Source of the DNA: a virus
DNA: 64,000 nt
IMG/VR virus record: IMGVR_UViG_3300023174_000120
Location: 22,663 to 86,662 of that record
Reading direction: 5' to 3' (one strand)
Positions 58,344 through 64,000 of the stretch are shown here, piece after piece. The notes beneath the pieces are model-generated. The model ran no database searches, was not told the DNA's origin, and saw only the letters and a list, made by a program, of their open reading frames with translations. Made by a program: the position numbers and the translations under genes. How positions within the stretch are numbered: position 1 is the stretch's first letter; each line of letters opens with the position of its first letter.

Positions 58344-61300
58344 ATGTCATTTCCAACGTCGCCCACAAACGGACAAACAGCAGTAGTAAACGGAATAACG
58401 TACTCCTACAGCACTTCAACTACAGCATGGACACGAGTTGCTGGGCAGGTCACTGCAACTACCTATCTGAATATTACCAATAATACCGGGGTTACTAGCA
58501 CCACAACAGGTGCATTACAAGTAGTAGGTGGAGTTGGTGTAGGTGGCGGTATATATGTCGGTGGGACCGTTACTGCAACAACATTTATTGGAGCATTTTC
58601 TGGAACAGCATCAGCAGCTACCAATATAGCCGGCGGCGCTAAAGATCAAATTCCATACCAAACCGGTGCAGGTGCCACTACATTTAATAGTGGATTGACA
58701 TTTAATGGTACTACGTTTACTGCTACTAATATTATTGTTCCTGGTGTAACTAATGCTACCTCAACCGTTACTGGAGCATTACAGGTAGCTGGTGGTGTGG
58801 CAGTTGGCAAGGACCTATACGTTGGTGGAACATTAACTATTGCAGGTTCAAGTGGCGGTGATATTGACTTAGCTGGCGGTGACATTGTTGGTGTTGGTAG
58901 AATTACAGCTAATACAGGTACATTTACTACAACCAATATCAGTTCCACTTTAGGCGTTACCAGTACAACTACTGGTGCATTAACCGTAGCCGGCGGCATT
59001 GGAGTAGGCGGTGGAATTTATGCAGGTGGTGTAATTACCGCCACTAACGTTTTTGTTGGCGGTTATGCAGTCAGTACAGCCAGCTCATTAACAATTCAAA
59101 GTCTTGGTGTTAGCCAAGGAACGGCTGCTACCATTAACTTCAGCACTGGACTAAGTGCTAGTGTTTCTTCCAATGTAGCCACAGTATTGTTAACGACTTC
59201 GACACTAATGACTACTGCTGTTAATCTAGCAGGTGGTACAGCTGGTTATTTTGCTTATCAAACTGGTGCAGGAGCAACAGCATTTGCCAGTACTGGTAGT
59301 ATGTATGTCAATGGTGCTGTCAATGCACAAACACTATTTGGCGGATCACAGGGACAAATTCTTTATCAAAGCGCTGCTGGAACAACAGCTTTTGCTAACA
59401 GTGGTACAACAGGACAGTTCCTACAAGCAACAACTAACGGAGCACCTACATTTACCAGCACAGCCAGTATGTATGTTGGCAATGCTGCCGTAGCAAACAT
59501 TTTAAATGCAGGTAATACCAGTACACAACAGGTTGGATATGCTGCTAATATCCTAGGCGGTGCAGCAGGCAGCTTACCATACCAAAGTGGTGCTAATGCA
59601 ACTACATTCCTAGCAGGAGGAACAGCACAACAACACTTGGTTTATGGAACAAGTAATACACTGGTATGGCAAAGCACAGGAACATTTAGTGGTGGAACTG
59701 CCAGCAATACAGCAGTAGCTAATCAAAGTGTAACAATTACCAGTGGCGGACTTGGTGTAACAGGCGACAGCTATTTTTCAGCCAATCTAACCACAGGCGG
59801 AGCACTAAGAGTTAATAGCACCTCGGGCGACACAGGTACTAACACCAGCAACTCATTATATGTAGCAGGTGGTGCGTGGATTGATAAGACATTAGTGGTG
59901 CAAGGTGATGTTACATTTAAAGGTAACGCAGTATTCCAAGGTACAACTACAAATATTATCAGTACAAACACATACTACACAGATAATATTATCGAATTAC
60001 ACGTTCCTCCAACTGGAGTAAATGGTCAGTGGGCAGTAGATGATGGTAAAGACATTGGTCTAAGATTCCATTACTATGCAGGCGCAGATAACAATGCTGC
60101 ATTGGTATTAAATAATGCTACCAAATACTTAACATGGTATGAAACAGGTGCTGAAAATGCCAGTGGTAATTTTACTACTGCCACATTTGGTACATTCCAA
60201 ACAGGTCGAGTATTTGCCGGTAGTGCAGAAGGCACATATAGTACCGCAACAGGTGCGTTAAGAGTATTTGGAGGTATTGGCGTAAATGGCGGCGGTTATT
60301 TTGGCGGTGTAGTTACAGCCACAACATTCGTTGGTTCGTTCTCTGGCACAGCCTCAAAGGCAAACAATATTGTTGGCGGAACAGCAGGTCAGCTAGTATA
60401 TCAAAGTGCAACTGATACAACAGGATTTGTTGGCCCAGGAACAGCAGGACAGATTTTAGTAAGCGGTGGAACTAGCACTCCTGTATATACCAGTACAGGC
60501 AGTATCTATGTAGGTAATGCTGCTGTTGCCAATATTCTAAATGCAGGTAACACCAGTACACAACAAGTTGGCTATTCTGCTAATTTACTGGCAGGATCAC
60601 AAGGACAGATAGCATATCAAAGTGCAGCTAATACTACTGCTTTTGCTAGTAGTGGCACTACAGGACAGTTCTTACAGGCCACTACCAATGGCGCCCCGGC
60701 GTTTACCAGCACTGGTAGTATGTATGTTAATAGTGCTGTCAATGCACAAACACTATTTGGCGGAGTTGCAGGTAGCTTACATTATCAAAGTGCTGCTGGA
60801 GTAACAGCATTTACTTCAGGCACAACAGGTCAGATTTTAGTAGCAACAACTAATGGAGCTCCAGTATATACCAGCACAGGTAGCATTTATGTTAACAGTG
60901 CTGTTAATGCTGAAAAAGTCTACGGCGGTACAGCTGGATCGGTATTATATCAAAGTGCGGCCGGAGTAACAGCATTTAGTTCTGGTACAACAGGTCAATT
61001 CTTACAAGCAACAACCAATGGAACACCAACATTTACCAGCACCGGTAGTATGTATGTTAACGGTGCCGTTAGTTCGCAAAACATTTTTGGTGGTGTTGCT
61101 AATCAAATTCCATATCAAAGTGCTGCAGGCACCACAACATTTAACAGTGGATTAACATTTAACGGTACTACATTTACCGCTACTAACATTATTGTTCCGG
61201 GTGTAACTAATGCTACATCAACAGTTACAGGAGCATTGCAGGTAGCTGGCGGATTAGCAGTTGGTAAAGACTTATATATCGGCGGAACACTGACTATTGC

Positions 61301-63410
61301 TGGAGCAAATGGCGGTGACATTGATATGGGCGGCGGTGATATTATTGGTGTTGGCAAAATTGTTGCTAATACAGGCACATTTACTACTACCAATGTTACT
61401 TCTACTGTTGGTGTTACTAGTACAAATACTGGTGCTCTACAGGTAGCTGGTGGTGTTGGTGTAGCTGGTGGTGTGTTTGTTGGTGGTGTTATTACAGCAA
61501 CTAACATTTTTGTAGGTGGATATGCTGTTAGTACAGCCAGCGCATTGACTATTCAAAGCCTTGGAGTTAGCCAGGGCAGTGCTGGTACAATTAATTTTAG
61601 TACCGGTCTAAGTGCCACTGTTTCTTCTAATGTAGCTACAGTATTACTCACTACATCAACACTGATGACTACTGCTGTTAATTTAGCAGGCGGATCGCAG
61701 GGACAACTAGCGTATCAAACTGCCGCAGGAGCAACAGCTTTCGCTAGTAGTGGTACAACAGGGCAATTCCTACAAGCAACTACAAATGGCGCACCTGCAT
61801 TTACTAGCACCGCTAGTATGTATGTCGGAAATGCTGCTGTAGCCAATATCCTAAATCCAGGTAATACTTCAACACAACAAGTTGGATATGCTGCTAATTT
61901 ATTAGGTAATGGATCAGGTAATGGTGCATTGGTATATCAAAGTGCAGCTAATACCACTGCTTTCCTTGGACAAGGTTCAGCCGGATGGTTATTGGTCAGT
62001 GCTGGTGCTGGATCGCCCCCAGCATTCACTAGCACCGGTAGTATCTATGTTAATAGTGCTGTTAATGCCAATAACATTATTGGTGGCAGTACAAACCAAA
62101 TTCCATATCAAAGTGGAGCAGGTGCTACAACATTTGGTAGTGGATTAACTTACAATGGTACAACATTTACCACAGGTAATATTGCAGTAACAGGTAATAC
62201 TAACGCTACGTCGACTACATCCGGTGCATTCCAAGTTGTAGGCGGTGCTGGTATCGGTGGTAACTTGTTTGTTGGTGGTAGTGCTTACCTAACAGGTGAT
62301 TTGTATGTTGATGGAACTTCATTTACAGTCAACAGCAATAACATTGCCACAGGTGATAAGACATTAACATTAAGTACAGGCAGCACCAGTGCAGCCCTAG
62401 CAGCCAGTTCTGGTTTACAGATTGGTTCTACCAGTACACCATATGCTTCTTGGCTATATGACGGTAGTGCATATTGGGTAAGCGCTGGATCAAGCGGTGG
62501 TGGAATCAAAGCTACTGCTACAACCGGTGCAAGTTCAACAACTACTGGAGCATTGGTAGTTGCCGGTGGTGCTGGTTTTGGTGGCAACTTGTTTGTTGGT
62601 GGTGTTGTAACTGCTACCACATTCTTTGGAGCATTAACTGGAACAGCTACCACAGCTACTAACCTAGCAGGTGGAACAGCTGGATATTTTGCTTATCAAA
62701 CAGCCCCAGGTGCTACTGGATTTGCTAGCACAGCCAGTATGTATGTAGGTAATGCTGTTAATTCACAAAACCTACTAGGCGGAACAACCGGGCAGTTTGC
62801 TTATCAAAGTGCTGCAAATACCACGGCTTTTGTTAGTACCGGTAGTATGTATGTTGACAGTGCTGTAAAATCCAATAATATTATTGGTGGTTCAGCTGGA
62901 AGTTTACCTTATCAAACTGGTGCTAGCGCAACAGCGTTCTTAGCAGGTGGTACAGCACAACAGCATCTAGTATACGGCACTGGTAGCGCTCCTGTATGGC
63001 AAAGCACTGGCACATTTAGCGGTGGTACAGCTAGTAGCAGTACAGTAGCATTACAAAGTGTTAATATTACCAGCGGTGGTCTTGGAGTAACGGGTGCTAG
63101 CTATTTTAGCACAGACGTTGGAATGGGCGGCGAACTTAACGTTTCTGGACACATTGTTGGTGGTGGTGTGCGTAGTTCGAGCACATCAACTGCTCCGGCC
63201 AGTGCTACAGTAGGAGATATTTGGTACAACACTAGCAATGATACCTTGTATAGATATACCAATGATGGCACAACAAGTTATTGGATTGATATAAATGGGC
63301 CGGTTATTGCTAATGGTTCCAACACCTATATAACATTGGCAACGCTGAAAGCAACGGTGGCAGCATCTACTAGCTTTGCAGATTTCCAAACTAGAATAGC
63401 GGCCTTATAA
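58344..63410 (+). CDS. Long, highly repetitive fibre protein
   Basis: Many GG..G...YQS.A..T.F and TGAL.V.GG repeats, a large internal duplication, N-terminal FPTSP and C-terminal VGDIWY modules. Confidence 0.8.
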   Translation: MSFPTSPTNGQTAVVNGITYSYSTSTTAWTRVAGQVTATTYLNITNNTGVTSTTTGALQVVGGVGVGGGIYVGGTVTATTFIGAFSGTASAATNIAGGAKDQIPYQTGAGATTFNSGLTFNGTTFTATNIIVPGVTNATSTVTGALQVAGGVAVGKDLYVGGTLTIAGSSGGDIDLAGGDIVGVGRITANTGTFTTTNISSTLGVTSTTTGALTVAGGIGVGGGIYAGGVITATNVFVGGYAVSTASSLTIQSLGVSQGTAATINFSTGLSASVSSNVATVLLTTSTLMTTAVNLAGGTAGYFAYQTGAGATAFASTGSMYVNGAVNAQTLFGGSQGQILYQSAAGTTAFANSGTTGQFLQATTNGAPTFTSTASMYVGNAAVANILNAGNTSTQQVGYAANILGGAAGSLPYQSGANATTFLAGGTAQQHLVYGTSNTLVWQSTGTFSGGTASNTAVANQSVTITSGGLGVTGDSYFSANLTTGGALRVNSTSGDTGTNTSNSLYVAGGAWIDKTLVVQGDVTFKGNAVFQGTTTNIISTNTYYTDNIIELHVPPTGVNGQWAVDDGKDIGLRFHYYAGADNNAALVLNNATKYLTWYETGAENASGNFTTATFGTFQTGRVFAGSAEGTYSTATGALRVFGGIGVNGGGYFGGVVTATTFVGSFSGTASKANNIVGGTAGQLVYQSATDTTGFVGPGTAGQILVSGGTSTPVYTSTGSIYVGNAAVANILNAGNTSTQQVGYSANLLAGSQGQIAYQSAANTTAFASSGTTGQFLQATTNGAPAFTSTGSMYVNSAVNAQTLFGGVAGSLHYQSAAGVTAFTSGTTGQILVATTNGAPVYTSTGSIYVNSAVNAEKVYGGTAGSVLYQSAAGVTAFSSGTTGQFLQATTNGTPTFTSTGSMYVNGAVSSQNIFGGVANQIPYQSAAGTTTFNSGLTFNGTTFTATNIIVPGVTNATSTVTGALQVAGGLAVGKDLYIGGTLTIAGANGGDIDMGGGDIIGVGKIVANTGTFTTTNVTSTVGVTSTNTGALQVAGGVGVAGGVFVGGVITATNIFVGGYAVSTASALTIQSLGVSQGSAGTINFSTGLSATVSSNVATVLLTTSTLMTTAVNLAGGSQGQLAYQTAAGATAFASSGTTGQFLQATTNGAPAFTSTASMYVGNAAVANILNPGNTSTQQVGYAANLLGNGSGNGALVYQSAANTTAFLGQGSAGWLLVSAGAGSPPAFTSTGSIYVNSAVNANNIIGGSTNQIPYQSGAGATTFGSGLTYNGTTFTTGNIAVTGNTNATSTTSGAFQVVGGAGIGGNLFVGGSAYLTGDLYVDGTSFTVNSNNIATGDKTLTLSTGSTSAALAASSGLQIGSTSTPYASWLYDGSAYWVSAGSSGGGIKATATTGASSTTTGALVVAGGAGFGGNLFVGGVVTATTFFGALTGTATTATNLAGGTAGYFAYQTAPGATGFASTASMYVGNAVNSQNLLGGTTGQFAYQSAANTTAFVSTGSMYVDSAVKSNNIIGGSAGSLPYQTGASATAFLAGGTAQQHLVYGTGSAPVWQSTGTFSGGTASSSTVALQSVNITSGGLGVTGASYFSTDVGMGGELNVSGHIVGGGVRSSSTSTAPASATVGDIWYNTSNDTLYRYTNDGTTSYWIDINGPVIANGSNTYITLATLKATVAASTSFADFQTRIAAL

Positions 63411-63471
63411 TCCAATGTTCAATAATGGAAACAGCGCTGAGACATTAACGTAAATACAGGGGACAAAGAAT

Positions 63472-64000
63472 ATGAGTTTCCCTGTATCACCGACTAATGG
63501 ACAAAATAGCGTAGTTAATGGAATCACCTATAGCTACTCTACTGCCACTTCATCGTGGACCAGAGTAGCAGGACAGGTCACTGCTACTACATATCTTAGA
63601 ATAACCAATTTTACCGGTAGCACTGGTACAACTACTGGCGCTTTAACTGTTGCCGGTGGAGTCGGTATAGGTGGTGATTTAAATGTTGGTGGTACAATAT
63701 TTGGTACCATAGGCGGTAATTATGTTTCGGGAACAGTTGGGTCCAGTACCAATGCTGATAATATTCAAGTTAATAATGTATTATCAAACACAGTTTATTA
63801 TCTAGCATTATCAGAAGATTTAAATGGTAATTATTCTGCAATCGATGCTGATTCTACACTGATTTATGATACTACAACTAGCAAAGTTTCGACAAAAAAA
63901 TTAGCGGTAACAGACACCACTGTTTCTACAGGTACTTCAACTGGAGCATTAACGGTATCTGGGGGATTAGGGGTCGCCGGCAATATCAATGTAGGCGGAG
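63472..64000 (+). CDS. Fibre protein, N-terminal part (runs off the window; absent from the ORF track)
   Basis: Open frame MSFPVSPTNGQNSVVNGITYSYSTATSSWTRVAGQV... to the window end; TAAATA at 63451-56. Confidence 0.85.
   Translation, partial: MSFPVSPTNGQNSVVNGITYSYSTATSSWTRVAGQVTATTYLRITNFTGSTGTTTGALTVAGGVGIGGDLNVGGTIFGTIGGNYVSGTVGSSTNADNIQVNNVLSNTVYYLALSEDLNGNYSAIDADSTLIYDTTTSKVSTKKLAVTDTTVSTGTSTGALTVSGGLGVAGNINVGG

Noticed and set aside
52716-64000. Diversity-generating retroelement (TR/VR pairs among fibre repeats)
   Set aside because: No reverse transcriptase in the window; the repeat copies are all coding and their differences are synonymous rather than adenine-specific.
1-64000. Stop-codon reassignment, as seen in some large phages
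   Set aside because: Long ORFs are intact under the standard code, and TAA, TAG and TGA all terminate genes.

Overview
This 64-kb window is part of a large, AT-rich, T4-related (probably jumbo) myovirus genome that uses the standard genetic code. From left to right it contains: the 3' end of thymidylate synthase; a minus-strand late block (three paralogous fibre/spike genes, a collagen-like fibre, a 4273-aa baseplate protein, and gp6/gp25/gp5/gp53-like baseplate genes); a plus-strand island under sigma70-type promoters (gp55-like late sigma factor, gp47/gp46 Mre11-Rad50, Hc1-like protein, stand-alone GIY-YIG nuclease); a ~440-nt helix-dense non-coding region; a gp26-like chaperone and a tape measure gene transcribed divergently; the head module (gp20, gp21, gp22, gp23); and about 21 kb of glycine/threonine-rich fibre genes. 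Four observations stand out. (1) A candidate large pseudoknotted ncRNA starts right after the GIY-YIG gene and ends in DNA-type GNA-triloop hairpins. (2) A -1 programmed frameshift (T TTT TTC) would join the gp26-like ORF to an unannotated downstream ORF, as in lambda G/GT. (3) In the fibre array, each protein's C-terminal module predicts the next gene's N-terminal module at 5 of 5 junctions, suggesting a colinear docking code. (4) A recurring TAAATA-N5-ATG arrangement implies leaderless late mRNAs. All family calls come from motif recognition by eye; no database searches or folding programs were run.
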